DNA from: Clostridia bacterium
GTDB taxonomy: Bacteria; Bacillota; Clostridia; TANB77; CAG-508
Direction of reading: 5' to 3'
DNA length: 64,000 bases
Assembly: GCA_017470645.1 (NCBI GenBank)
Contig: JAFUYJ010000001.1
Coordinates: 16,091-80,090, forward strand
The notes below the pieces were generated by a model. That model searched no databases and was not told the origin of the DNA. It saw only the letters and a list, made by a program, of their open reading frames with translations. The position numbers were made by a program, and so were the translations under genes. Positions within the stretch are counted from its first letter, which is position 1, and every line of letters starts with the position of its first letter. Shown here one piece after another: positions 51,777 to 62,162 of this stretch.

Positions 51777-54700
51777 ATGTCAATTAGATTAATATATGGA
51801 AAATCAGGCTCAGGAAAAAGTGAGTTTATATTTAATGAGATAAAAGAGTTAATAAATTGTGGAAAAAAGATATATATAATTACTCCAGAACAGTTTTCTT
51901 TTACTGCTGAAAAAAAGTTACTTGAGACTTTAGGAAATTCGGCAGTATTAAATGCTGAGGTTTTAACTTTTAACAGAATGGCATACAGAGTAGCAGCAGA
52001 AGTAGGGGGAACTGCAAAAATAAATATATCAAATTCAGGAAAAGCAATGCTAATTTATAACATTTTATGTGGTAAAAAAAGTAAGCTAAAATTTCTTGGA
52101 AAGTCAGATGAAAACATAGAGCTTATTATTGATCAAATTACAGAGTTTAAAAAGCATGGAGTTATGGTTGACGATTTAAATAAGACTATGGAAGAAACAA
52201 CAGACAACTATTTGAAATTAAAAATACAAGATATTTTGCAGGTATATAGTGAATTTGAAAATAAAATAGAGAATCGATATATTGATGAAAATGATAACTT
52301 AACTAATCTTGCAAATCAATTAATAGATGTTAATATATTTGATAATACTTTAATTTATATAGACGAGTTTGTAGGATTCACAAAGCAAGAATATGAAATT
52401 ATAAAACAGCTAGCTAAGGTTGCAAGTCAGGTAAATATAACTATTTGCTCTGATTCCATAGAAGATAGCTTTTCTCCTGAAAGTGATGTCTTTTTTTCAA
52501 ATAAATTGACTATATCTAGGTTATTTGAAATTGTAAAATCAGAAGAAATACCATTAGATGATCCGGTTTGCTTAGATACTATTTACAGATTTAAGAATAA
52601 AGAACTAGAACATTTGGAAAGAAATTTGTATGCAATTCCATATAAAAAATACGAAGAACAGCCTGAAAATATCAAACTATTTTTAGCAAATAATCAATAT
52701 TCAGAAATTGAAAATGTTGCAATTAACATTGTTAAGTTAGTAAGAAATGAAAACTACAGATATAAGGATATAGCTGTAATTACAAAGGGGCTTGATGTAT
52801 ATTCAAATTTGGTTAAAGTAGTATTTAATAAATATCAAATTCCAGTTTTCATTGATGAAAAGAAAGATTTAAGCCAAAATATTATCGTAAAATATATACT
52901 TTCTATATTAGAAATTTTTGCAAGAAATTGGTCATATGAATCTGTTTTAAATTATGTTAAAACAGGATTTTTAGACATAAGCAAACAAGAAATATTTATG
53001 CTTGAAAACTATTGCCAAAAGTGGGGGATAAAGAATAATAAGTGGTATAAATCAGAGTGGAATTTTAAAGATGAGGATGATACAAATAGAGAGCAAATAG
53101 AAAGAATAAGAGAAATGAGAAGGATGATAGTAAATCCATTACTAGAATTCAAAGATAGCTTATCTGGGGCAAATAATGTAAAAAATATTACAATGAATCT
53201 ATATGATTTTTTAATAAAAAATGAAATCGACAAGAAGTTTGAAAACAAAATTGAGGAATTAAAAATGGCTGGACAGACTGAGTTTGCAACGCAATATGAA
53301 ACAAGCTGGAAAATTATTATGAATGTATTAGATGAAATTGTTTTGGTTTTTGGTGATGAAAAAGTTTCATTTGATAAATATATGCAAATATTAAAAACAG
53401 GACTGGCAAGTAGCGATTTAGGTAAAATACCTGGAACGCAAGATCAAGTAATTATAGGTGATATTGATAGATCAAGAAGTCATAAGGTCAAAGCTATATT
53501 TATAATAGGTTTAAATGATGGAATGTTTCCTTCTGTACATAAAAATGAAGGATTTTTTAACGATAATGATAGACAGTATTTAAAAGAAAGAGGAATGGAA
53601 CTTGCTAGAAATACAATAGAAAGCTTATACGAAGATAATTTCAATATATACAAAGCCTTTACAACTGCTGAGGAAAAATTATTTTTATCATATTCATCTT
53701 CAAATTCAGAGGGAAAGACTTTAAGAGGTTCAATACTAATATCAAAAATGAAAAAAATATTTCCAAAATTAGAGGAAGATAGCGATATAATTGAAAGAAC
53801 ATCTGAGATTTTAATTGAAAATACTACATTTGACGAATTACTAAATAAACTAGGAGAATATAGAGATACAGGTGAAATAAGTGATGAATGGGTAGAGGTT
53901 TATAATTATTACAAGAATAATAAAGTATGGAAGTATAAATTAGAAAAGGCAATGGAAGCACTTCTATATAACAATAAACCAGAGAAAATAAATCAAAAGA
54001 ACATTTCAAAAATGTATGGAGATACCTTAAGGACTAGCGTTTCAAGGTTGGAACAATATCAAGCGTGCCATTTTGCTTATTATTTAAAGTATGGATTAAA
54101 GTTATCTGAAAAAGATAATTTTAAAATTAATCCGGTTGATACTGGTACATTTATGCATGATGTAATAGATACGTTTTTTAATAGTATTAAGGAAAGATCA
54201 TATGATGTAAAAGATTTATCTGATGAGCAAATTAGAGAGCTTGTTGAAGAAATTATTGATGAAAAATTAGGATTAAATAAAAATTATATATTTACAAGTT
54301 CTCCAAAGTATAAGGCTTTAAGTATGCGTTTGAAAAAAGTTATTTTTAGATCTATGAAATATATTGTTGATAGTTTGAAATATAGTAAGTTTGATGTGTT
54401 AGGAAACGAAGTAGAATTCAAAGAGGGTAAAGAGTATCCGCCAATTACTATGAAATTAGATAATGGACAAAATGTTGAGATTACTGGAAAGATTGATAGA
54501 ATTGATATTGCAAAGTTGGATGGTAATAATTATGTACGTATTATAGATTATAAATCTTCTGCTAAAAATATTGATTTGAATCAGGTGTATGCGGGGTTAC
54601 AGCTTCAGTTAATTACTTACTTAGATGCTGTTTGTAATGCTGAGGATTTAATGCCGGCGGGGGTTTTATATTTTAATTTGATTGATCCTGTTGTTAAGTC

Positions 54701-55136
54701 TAAGAAGAGTTTGTCTGAGGAGGAAATTGAGGAGAAGATTAGGAAACAGTTTAAGATGCAAGGGCTTATTTTGGCTGATGTGGATGTTGTTAAGATGATG
54801 GATACTAATTTGGAGACGGGTGCTTCTAATGTTGTTCCGGCGTATGTTGGGAAAGATGGAACTTTGAGTAGTACACGTTCAAGTTCGGTTAGTAGAAAGC
54901 AATTTGAGTATTTGCAGAAGTATACTAATAGGATTATTAAGCAGATTTCTTTGGAGATTTTGAGTGGAAATATTGATATTAATCCGTATTATAATACTAA
55001 GAATAAGAAGACGCCTTGTGATTTTTGTGCGTATAAGTCGGTTTGTAATTTTAATGGGGCGGATTGTACGAATGGGTATAATTATATTGCTAATGCGGAG
55101 AAGGAGGCTGTGTTGGAGATGATGCAGGAGGAGTGA
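51777..55136 (+). CDS. addB: helicase-exonuclease AddAB, subunit AddB (RexB)
   Basis: N-terminal Walker A GKSGSGKSE. C-terminal RecB-type nuclease with an Fe-S Cys cluster (CHFAYYL...CDFCAYKSVC). 1119 aa. Confidence 0.9.
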   Translation: MSIRLIYGKSGSGKSEFIFNEIKELINCGKKIYIITPEQFSFTAEKKLLETLGNSAVLNAEVLTFNRMAYRVAAEVGGTAKINISNSGKAMLIYNILCGKKSKLKFLGKSDENIELIIDQITEFKKHGVMVDDLNKTMEETTDNYLKLKIQDILQVYSEFENKIENRYIDENDNLTNLANQLIDVNIFDNTLIYIDEFVGFTKQEYEIIKQLAKVASQVNITICSDSIEDSFSPESDVFFSNKLTISRLFEIVKSEEIPLDDPVCLDTIYRFKNKELEHLERNLYAIPYKKYEEQPENIKLFLANNQYSEIENVAINIVKLVRNENYRYKDIAVITKGLDVYSNLVKVVFNKYQIPVFIDEKKDLSQNIIVKYILSILEIFARNWSYESVLNYVKTGFLDISKQEIFMLENYCQKWGIKNNKWYKSEWNFKDEDDTNREQIERIREMRRMIVNPLLEFKDSLSGANNVKNITMNLYDFLIKNEIDKKFENKIEELKMAGQTEFATQYETSWKIIMNVLDEIVLVFGDEKVSFDKYMQILKTGLASSDLGKIPGTQDQVIIGDIDRSRSHKVKAIFIIGLNDGMFPSVHKNEGFFNDNDRQYLKERGMELARNTIESLYEDNFNIYKAFTTAEEKLFLSYSSSNSEGKTLRGSILISKMKKIFPKLEEDSDIIERTSEILIENTTFDELLNKLGEYRDTGEISDEWVEVYNYYKNNKVWKYKLEKAMEALLYNNKPEKINQKNISKMYGDTLRTSVSRLEQYQACHFAYYLKYGLKLSEKDNFKINPVDTGTFMHDVIDTFFNSIKERSYDVKDLSDEQIRELVEEIIDEKLGLNKNYIFTSSPKYKALSMRLKKVIFRSMKYIVDSLKYSKFDVLGNEVEFKEGKEYPPITMKLDNGQNVEITGKIDRIDIAKLDGNNYVRIIDYKSSAKNIDLNQVYAGLQLQLITYLDAVCNAEDLMPAGVLYFNLIDPVVKSKKSLSEEEIEEKIRKQFKMQGLILADVDVVKMMDTNLETGASNVVPAYVGKDGTLSSTRSSSVSRKQFEYLQKYTNRIIKQISLEILSGNIDINPYYNTKNKKTPCDFCAYKSVCNFNGADCTNGYNYIANAEKEAVLEMMQEE

Positions 55137-55156
55137 TTTTTTTAGTGTGTTGCCGA

Positions 55157-55308
55157 GAGAAAAGAATTAATATTTTATAAAAAAGTAATCCCTCCAAACG
55201 CGGTGGTGTTTGAGATTGTTCGGGGTGCGTGGTACGATAACTGGTTGGGTTAGATGTTTTTGGGCTCAGGTCGGAATTAATTTTTTATAAAATATTAATT
55301 CTTTTCTC
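55157..55308. repeat. Inverted-repeat element C: perfect 28-bp arms (55157-55184 and 55281-55308) enclose a 96-bp relatively GC-rich core
   Basis: gagaaaagaattaatattttataaaaaa and its exact reverse complement. It lies 21 bp after the addB stop. Confidence 0.8.
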
Positions 55309-55417
55309 CGAGGGAGTGTGTGTGGTATATTTAAAGTTATGTTTTTTGGGGTGAATAGTGTATTTATAATTTTTGTTTTTTTCGTGTGTGAGTAGTTTAT
55401 TTATATATTTGTAAAGG

Positions 55418-56257
55418 ATGTGTTTGGGTTTGAGAGATTTGAGTAATGAGGTTGTGATTCATAAGAGGGAGAATGGGTTTGAGTTTTTGCAGTTTAGGAA
55501 GTTGTTGGAGCTTGGGGTTAAGCATGCTTATAGTTTGAAGCCACATTTTTTTAATACTAGACCGGGGGTTGTAAGTAGTGAGACTTATAGTGCTGCGGTG
55601 GATAATTATGCTAGGTTTTGTAATGTGATTGGTGTGGATGTGAATAAGCTTGTTAAGCCTAATCAGACTCATACAAACTGTGTGAAAATTGTGGATAACT
55701 TGCCTGGAAAGATGAGTATTGAAGAAGATATGTTTAAGGATGTTGATGGATTGGTTACTAATATTGAAGGGGTTTCTTTGGCTTCTGTTAATGCGGATTG
55801 TATTTTACTTCTTTTTTATGATCCGGTGAAAAGAGTAATTGGTAATGTGCATTCTGGTTGGAGAGGAACTTTTGCTAAGATTGCGGCAAATGGTGTTAAT
55901 AAAATGGTTCAGAGTTATGGGTGTAATCCAGAGGATATAATTGTGTGCATTTGTCCAAGTATTAGGAAATGTCATTTTGAGGTTAAAGAAGATGTAAAAA
56001 AATTGTGCGAGGATACGTTTGGCTATACAAATAGGTTAAATGATTTTATTGAGTATATAGGAAAAGATATAGATGGAACTGGCAAGTGGAGAATCGATAC
56101 GGTTTTAGTTACAAAAGTTTTGCTTCAAGAATGTGAAATTAAGGAAAACAATATTTATGACTGCGGAATTTGCAGTGTGTGTAATAAAGATATTATTCAT
56201 TCCTATAGAGGAGATGGGAAGGATGCTGGTCGAGGCACTGCTATTATTTCACTGTAG
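55418..56257 (+). CDS. pgeF: YfiH/PgeF (DUF152) family purine-nucleoside-phosphorylase/laccase-domain protein
   Basis: Family-typical spacing of the His/Cys/His metal ligands (NCVKI..., HSGWRGT, CICPSIRKCHFEV). Confidence 0.75.
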   Translation: MCLGLRDLSNEVVIHKRENGFEFLQFRKLLELGVKHAYSLKPHFFNTRPGVVSSETYSAAVDNYARFCNVIGVDVNKLVKPNQTHTNCVKIVDNLPGKMSIEEDMFKDVDGLVTNIEGVSLASVNADCILLLFYDPVKRVIGNVHSGWRGTFAKIAANGVNKMVQSYGCNPEDIIVCICPSIRKCHFEVKEDVKKLCEDTFGYTNRLNDFIEYIGKDIDGTGKWRIDTVLVTKVLLQECEIKENNIYDCGICSVCNKDIIHSYRGDGKDAGRGTAIISL

Positions 56258-56367
56258 ATAAAAAATAACTGTGTGCATTTATTTAAACTATAAAAGAAAA
56301 AATAAGTTGAAAATATAAAGAGCATTCTATATAATTGAGATAGATTAATGTAAATGGAGAAATAAAT

Positions 56368-57648
56368 ATGAATGAAGAAAATATAAAAGAAATGGCAGAG
56401 TACTGCTTGAACTGTAAAACAAAACCTTGTAGAAGTGGGTGTCCACTTGAGAATGATATTCCTGAGTTTATAAAAAATATAAGGGAAAATAATTATGAAC
56501 AAGCATATAAAATACTTAGCAAAACTACAGTGTTAGAATCAGTTTGTGGTAGAATATGTCCTCATATGAGTCAGTGTATGGGTAAATGTGTAAGAGGTAT
56601 TAAATCAAATCCTGTAAACATTGGAACATTAGAAGCGTTTATTGGTGATATGGCTATAGAAGAAGGTTTCGATATGGATGTAGAGATAAAAAGTGAGAAT
56701 AGTATGTTGCCAAAAAAGAAAATTGCAATAATTGGTAGTGGACCAGCGGGATTAACATGTGCTGCATTCCTTGCTAGAAGTGGATTTGAAGTAACAATAT
56801 TTGAAAAAAGAGACAAGCTAGGAGGACTTTTAAGATATGGAATTCCTGAGTTTAGATTAGATAGAAAGATATTAGACGGTACAATTAATAAAATATTAGA
56901 TTTAGGAATAAATATAGAAATAGATAAAGAGTTGGGGAAAGATATTTTCTTAGATAAACTAATTAAAGACTATGATGCAGTTTTTATTGCAATTGGTGCA
57001 AATATTCCATGGAAAATGAATGTTGAGGGCGAAGATTTAGAAGGAGTTTATGGTGGAAATTCTTTGTTAGAATATAATAAGCATCCAAATTATGAAGGAA
57101 AAAATGTTGCTGTAGTTGGCGGTGGAAATGTTGCAATGGATTGTGCAAGAACTATAAATAAATTGGGAGCAAAACAGGTTACAGTTGTATATAGAAGGGC
57201 TGAGGAACAGATGCCTGCTGAAAGAAAGGAAATTGAAGATGCTAAAAAAGAAGGTGTAGATTTTCTGTTTCAAACTAACATTGTTAAAATAATAGGGGAG
57301 GGCATAGTTCAAAAAATAGAATGTGTTAGGACAGAATTGGTTCAAAAAGAGGGTGAGTCAAGACTTTCACCAGTTAATGTAGAAGGAAGCAACTTTGAGA
57401 AAAATGTGGATTATGTTGTAATGGCAATTGGTTCAATGCCTGAAGAAAAAGTTGTTAATGGTTTAGGAATTGAATGTGATAAAAAGGGATTTATAAAAGT
57501 AAATAATAATTTTGAAACTTCTTTGGAAAATGTATATGCTGGAGGAGATATTGCTGGAACAAAAGCAACAGTTGCATGGGCTGCAAGAACCGGTAGAGAA
57601 GTGGCAAATAGTATAAGGAGGAAATTTAATGGAATTAGTGTGGAATAA
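56368..57648 (+). CDS. NADPH-dependent glutamate synthase beta-subunit-like oxidoreductase (GltD/SudA/NfnB family)
   Basis: N-terminal 2x[4Fe-4S]-type Cys clusters (CLNCKTKPCRSGCP, CGRICPHMSQCMGKC). An FAD fold IAIIGSGPAGLTCA and an NAD(P) fold VAVVGGGNVAMDCA follow. Confidence 0.75.
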   Translation: MNEENIKEMAEYCLNCKTKPCRSGCPLENDIPEFIKNIRENNYEQAYKILSKTTVLESVCGRICPHMSQCMGKCVRGIKSNPVNIGTLEAFIGDMAIEEGFDMDVEIKSENSMLPKKKIAIIGSGPAGLTCAAFLARSGFEVTIFEKRDKLGGLLRYGIPEFRLDRKILDGTINKILDLGINIEIDKELGKDIFLDKLIKDYDAVFIAIGANIPWKMNVEGEDLEGVYGGNSLLEYNKHPNYEGKNVAVVGGGNVAMDCARTINKLGAKQVTVVYRRAEEQMPAERKEIEDAKKEGVDFLFQTNIVKIIGEGIVQKIECVRTELVQKEGESRLSPVNVEGSNFEKNVDYVVMAIGSMPEEKVVNGLGIECDKKGFIKVNNNFETSLENVYAGGDIAGTKATVAWAARTGREVANSIRRKFNGISVE

Positions 57649-58453
57649 TCTTAAAAAGTTTTGCACAAATTTATCTAAGCATAATGTAAGTGAATATACC
57701 GCTCAATGCGCATACTATACAATTTTGTCTTTTATACCATTTGTAATGTTAGTAGTTACGCTGATACAATATTCGTCTATATCAAAAGAAACGTTATTTG
57801 ATATTCTTCATACTGTAATACCGGATACAATGAGTGACACAACAATTGGAATAATACAAGAGGTATATTCTAAATCAGTTGGAACAGTGTCAATATCTGC
57901 AATATTTCTGCTTTGGTCAGCCAAAAGAGGCTTTCACGCATTATCAAAAGGGTTACACAAAATTTATGAAACAGAAAAAGAATATAATTTTCTTTTTATG
58001 CAATTAAAATCAATAATATTAACAGTTTTTTTTGTTTTAATGGTAATTTCAGTACTTCTATTATCGGTTTTTGGAAATACCTTAACTACTTTTATTGAAG
58101 AAAATTTTGTGATTCCTAGATTTATTACTAATCTATTAAATTTATCAAAAATAGGAGTGTATATAGTATTATTTATAATTTTACTTGCTATATATAGATT
58201 TGTTCCAGGACATAAACAGGGAATAAAAAGACAAATTCCCGGAGCTTTTATAGCTACTGTTGGTTGGCAAATAATTTCGTATATTTTTTCTATATATTTA
58301 AAAACGTTTAAAGGTTTTTCAGTAATGTATGGGAGTTTAACTACAATAGTTTTAGCTATGATGTGGATTTATTTTTGTATGTATATTATATTAATTGGTG
58401 CGGAAGTTAATAATTTCAAGCTTGAAAGGCTTGAAAAAACAACAAAAATGTGA
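57629..58453 (+). CDS. YihY/BrkB (virulence factor BrkB) family membrane protein
   Basis: YTAQCAYYTILSFIPFVML motif and six TM helices. It overlaps the preceding gene by 20 nt. Confidence 0.75.
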   Translation: MELVWNNLKKFCTNLSKHNVSEYTAQCAYYTILSFIPFVMLVVTLIQYSSISKETLFDILHTVIPDTMSDTTIGIIQEVYSKSVGTVSISAIFLLWSAKRGFHALSKGLHKIYETEKEYNFLFMQLKSIILTVFFVLMVISVLLLSVFGNTLTTFIEENFVIPRFITNLLNLSKIGVYIVLFIILLAIYRFVPGHKQGIKRQIPGAFIATVGWQIISYIFSIYLKTFKGFSVMYGSLTTIVLAMMWIYFCMYIILIGAEVNNFKLERLEKTTKM

Positions 58454-58518
58454 TAAAATATGGACGCAAAAAAACAGAAATCTTTATAATATTAATTAAT
58501 ATGAAAGGAAGATGGTGA

Positions 58519-58974
58519 ATGCTTTTTAAGGTTTTTTTGCTGTATATTTTGCTTATGCTGTGTATTCTTATAGTTAGGTTGAATCCGAAACGGATAGCGA
58601 TAAATAATTTAATTCGCTCAATAGACGAGTTCAATTATAACTATGAGTCAATTCAGAATGTGATTAATCAAGATATGGACGTAAATGAAATGATAAAAGC
58701 AATCAATCCTAAAATGGAAGGTTTAGATATTGAATTTCTATCCTTCGATTTTGGAATGATTAAAAGTGTACCTTTTCGCAATACAAAAGAATTACGTCAG
58801 TGCTTTTTAGCTGCTGGTGATTTTATTCTTAAATATGAAGAATTGGTCGAGGAAAAATATCAATTTCAATATGACTATACTGATTATGAAGTGTTCACAG
58901 AAGCACTGCAGAAGATTCGGACAGAATGTATGAGAAGAAATGAAAATACAATGTTCGATATCAAAGTAAAATAA
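58519..58974 (+). CDS. hypothetical membrane-anchored protein, paralog 1
   Basis: N-terminal TM helix and a ~120-aa soluble domain. Shares VPF...LR..F..G.FIL...AL.KI with the next gene. Uses CG-containing codons atypical for this window. Confidence 0.5.
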   Translation: MLFKVFLLYILLMLCILIVRLNPKRIAINNLIRSIDEFNYNYESIQNVINQDMDVNEMIKAINPKMEGLDIEFLSFDFGMIKSVPFRNTKELRQCFLAAGDFILKYEELVEEKYQFQYDYTDYEVFTEALQKIRTECMRRNENTMFDIKVK

Positions 58975-59025
58975 AGTTCATACACCTATACGCCTACGCT
59001 TTTATTAAAGAAAGGAGAACAAACA

Positions 59026-59514
59026 ATGTTCACAAATCTGTTTATCTATCTAGTTGCCATCGTATCTGGAATCAGCTTCGGTCTCAATATCTCAATGCTA
59101 ACTGACTCTAGAAGAAAACGGAAACGTATGATAAACGAAAATCGAAAAGATCTTTATCGCATGATGAATGATTTCATAGCGTTTTATGATTTGTTCGAAG
59201 AATACTTCGATAAAGATATGAATCGTGATGAATTAATTCCAATCTTAAAGCAAAAATCCTTAATTGATGGAGAGTTTATAATGGTACCATTCGGAGATAA
59301 ACGTATGGGAATACCAGTAGATACCACGGAAAAACTAAGAGAAATTTTCTACGAAAATGGAGAGTTTATCTTAGATATCGGGGATGATATGAAAGAAATT
59401 TTACGTCTGGAGGAATTAGAAAACTATGGAGATTTTTCAGCCAGACTTGATGCTTTAAGAAAAATATGCATAAAGCACGCCATGGATTTTATGGAAGATG
59501 AAATTCATGTTTAA
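59026..59514 (+). CDS. hypothetical membrane-anchored protein, paralog 2
   Basis: Same architecture and shared motifs as 58519-58974. Atypical composition. Confidence 0.5.
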   Translation: MFTNLFIYLVAIVSGISFGLNISMLTDSRRKRKRMINENRKDLYRMMNDFIAFYDLFEEYFDKDMNRDELIPILKQKSLIDGEFIMVPFGDKRMGIPVDTTEKLREIFYENGEFILDIGDDMKEILRLEELENYGDFSARLDALRKICIKHAMDFMEDEIHV

Positions 59515-59516
59515 CA

Positions 59517-59546
59517 AAAAAGCCGCTATCAGAGCGGCTTTTTTGT
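59517..59546. terminator. bidirectional terminator between paralog 2(+) and leuS(-)
   Basis: aagccgct atcag agcggctt followed by T6. Confidence 0.75.
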
Positions 59547-59566
59547 TTTATAATTTAATTATTTAA

Positions 59567-61966
59567 CTATTTAACAACGATATTGTATATTTTATTTTTT
59601 ACATAGATTTCTTTAATTATAGTTTTACCTTCAATATTGTTGATAATAGTTTGATTTGAATGAACAATTTGTTTTACAGTTGCTTCATCTGAATCTAATG
59701 GAGCAATAATGTTAGCTCTTAGTTTTCCATTAACTTGAACTGGAATATTTATTTCATCGTCAATTGTTTTTGATTCATCGTATTCAGGCCATTTTTCATA
59801 TGCTATTGAAGAGTTATGACCTAAAGCAGTTGTCCATAATTCTTCTGTGATGTGTGGAGCAACAGGATTTAATAGTTTTACAAATCCTTCTGCATATTTT
59901 TTAGGTAGAACATCAGCTTTATATGCAGAGTTTATAAATATCATCAATTGACTAATAGCTGTATTAAAGTTCATAGTTTCATAATCATTTGTTACTTTTT
60001 TTACTGTAAAATTGTATACTTTTTCTAATTCAGTATTTTCAACATCTTGAATTTTATCGCTTTCAGCAAATAATCTCCAAACTCTATCTAAGAATTTTTT
60101 AGAACCATCAATTCCTTTTGGATCCCAAGGTTTAGAAGCTTCAATTGGTCCCATAAACATTTCATAAATACGTAAGCTATCTGCGCCAAATTCATTTACC
60201 ATATCATCTGGATTAACAACATTTCCTAATGATTTGCTCATTTTCACACCATTTGCACCTAAAATCATACCTTGATGACGTAGTTTTGCAAATGGTTCTT
60301 TAACTGGAACTAAACCTTTGTTGTATAAATAGTTATTCCAAAATCTAGAATAAAGTAGATGACCAACTGCGTGTTCAGGTCCCCCCATGTATAAGTCAAC
60401 TGGTAACCAGTGTTTTAATAATTCTTGGTTTGCAAATTCATCATTGTTATGTGGATCAATATATCTTAAGAAATACCAACTTGATGCTGCACTTCCAGGC
60501 ATTGTACTGGTTTCACGTTTTCCAATTTTACCATCTTTTTCATATCTTAACCAATCAGTAGCTTTCTCTAGTGGAGATGCACCTGTTTTTGAAGGAGCAT
60601 AGTCTTCAAGTTCAGGAAGAACAAGAGGCAATTCGCTCTCATCAATTGTTTCCATTCCATCTTCAAAATGAACAATTGGAATAGGTTCACCCCAGTAACG
60701 TTGACGAGCAAAAATCCATTCACGTAATTTATAATTTATTTTTTTAGTACCAATTCCTTTTTCCTCAAGCCATGAAAGCATTTTGTTAATAGCATCTTCT
60801 TTATTTAATCCATTTAAGAAATCAGAATTAATATGTAGTCCATCTTCAGTAAATGCTTCTTTTGAAACATCTCCGCCTTCAAGAACAGGTATTATATCTA
60901 ATCCAAATTTTGTTGCAAAAGCATAATCTCTTTCATCATGTGCTGGAACAGCCATAATAGCACCTGTTCCATATGAAGCTAATACGTAATCTGCAATCCA
61001 AATTGGAATTTCTTTGTTATTTACAGGGTTAATAGCATATGCACCTGTAAATACACCAGTTTTTTCTTTATTTAATTCAGTTCTTTCTAAATCAGATTTA
61101 CTGCTACATTGTTTAATATAGTCTTCAACAGCTTGTGCTTGTTCAGAAGTTGTAATTTTCTTTACTAATTCATTTTCAGGAGCCAAAACGCAGTATGTAG
61201 CTCCAAACAATGTATCACATCTTGTTGTAAATACAGTAAAATCAAGGTCTTCATGATTTGCTACTTTGAATTTAACATGTGCACCAACAGATTTTCCAAT
61301 CCAATTTTTTTGTATTTCCTTAGTTGATTCAGGCCAATCTAAATCATCTAGGTTTTCAAGTAAAGTTTCAGCATAGGCGGGAATATCTAATACCCATTGT
61401 TTCATATTTTTTCTAACAACAGGGAAGCCACCACGTTCGCTCTTTCCATCAATTACTTCATCATTAGCTAAAACTGTTCCTAATTCTTCACACCAGTTAA
61501 CAGGCATATCAACATATTTTGCTAATCCGTCTTTGTATAATTGAATAAAAATCCATTGTGTCCATTTATAATAGTCAGGGTCACATGTAGATAATTCTTT
61601 GTCCCAATCAAAAGATAAACCAAGCATTTTTAATTGCTTTTTGAATACTTGAATATTTTGTTTTGTGAATATATCAGGGTGGTTACCTGTTTTAATTGCA
61701 TATTGTTCAGCAGGTAATCCAAATGAATCCCATCCCATTGGATGAAGTACATTGTAACCTTGCATTCTTTTCATTCTTGACATTATATCTGTTGCTGTAT
61801 ATCCTTCTGGATGTCCAACATGAAGTCCTTGTCCTGATGGGTAAGGAAACATGTCTAGAGCGTAGTATTTTGGCTTTGAAAAATCCCATACGTCTGTTTT
61901 AAATGTATGGTTTTCGTCCCAATATTGTTGCCATTTTTGTTCTATATTTTTAAAATCATAAGCCAT
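59567..61966 (-). CDS. leuS: leucine--tRNA ligase
   Basis: 799 aa. HIGH motif [17 protein letters not shown] motif VKMSKSLGN, and a CP1 editing domain. Confidence 0.95.
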   Translation of the reverse strand: MAYDFKNIEQKWQQYWDENHTFKTDVWDFSKPKYYALDMFPYPSGQGLHVGHPEGYTATDIMSRMKRMQGYNVLHPMGWDSFGLPAEQYAIKTGNHPDIFTKQNIQVFKKQLKMLGLSFDWDKELSTCDPDYYKWTQWIFIQLYKDGLAKYVDMPVNWCEELGTVLANDEVIDGKSERGGFPVVRKNMKQWVLDIPAYAETLLENLDDLDWPESTKEIQKNWIGKSVGAHVKFKVANHEDLDFTVFTTRCDTLFGATYCVLAPENELVKKITTSEQAQAVEDYIKQCSSKSDLERTELNKEKTGVFTGAYAINPVNNKEIPIWIADYVLASYGTGAIMAVPAHDERDYAFATKFGLDIIPVLEGGDVSKEAFTEDGLHINSDFLNGLNKEDAINKMLSWLEEKGIGTKKINYKLREWIFARQRYWGEPIPIVHFEDGMETIDESELPLVLPELEDYAPSKTGASPLEKATDWLRYEKDGKIGKRETSTMPGSAASSWYFLRYIDPHNNDEFANQELLKHWLPVDLYMGGPEHAVGHLLYSRFWNNYLYNKGLVPVKEPFAKLRHQGMILGANGVKMSKSLGNVVNPDDMVNEFGADSLRIYEMFMGPIEASKPWDPKGIDGSKKFLDRVWRLFAESDKIQDVENTELEKVYNFTVKKVTNDYETMNFNTAISQLMIFINSAYKADVLPKKYAEGFVKLLNPVAPHITEELWTTALGHNSSIAYEKWPEYDESKTIDDEINIPVQVNGKLRANIIAPLDSDEATVKQIVHSNQTIINNIEGKTIIKEIYVKNKIYNIVVK

Positions 61967-62162
61967 AGTTTCAAATCAGTCCTTTCTGTAATAAATATTA
62001 GTGCTATTATACTACAAAAAATACCAAAAATAAAGGCTTTTACGTAAAAAAATAAAATGATAAATTTGTTGAAAAATGTAAATGAATAATGATTGACAAA
62101 AGTTGGTAATAATATATAATATGAAATGGTAATAAAAATAAATATAAGGGAGGAAGAGATAT

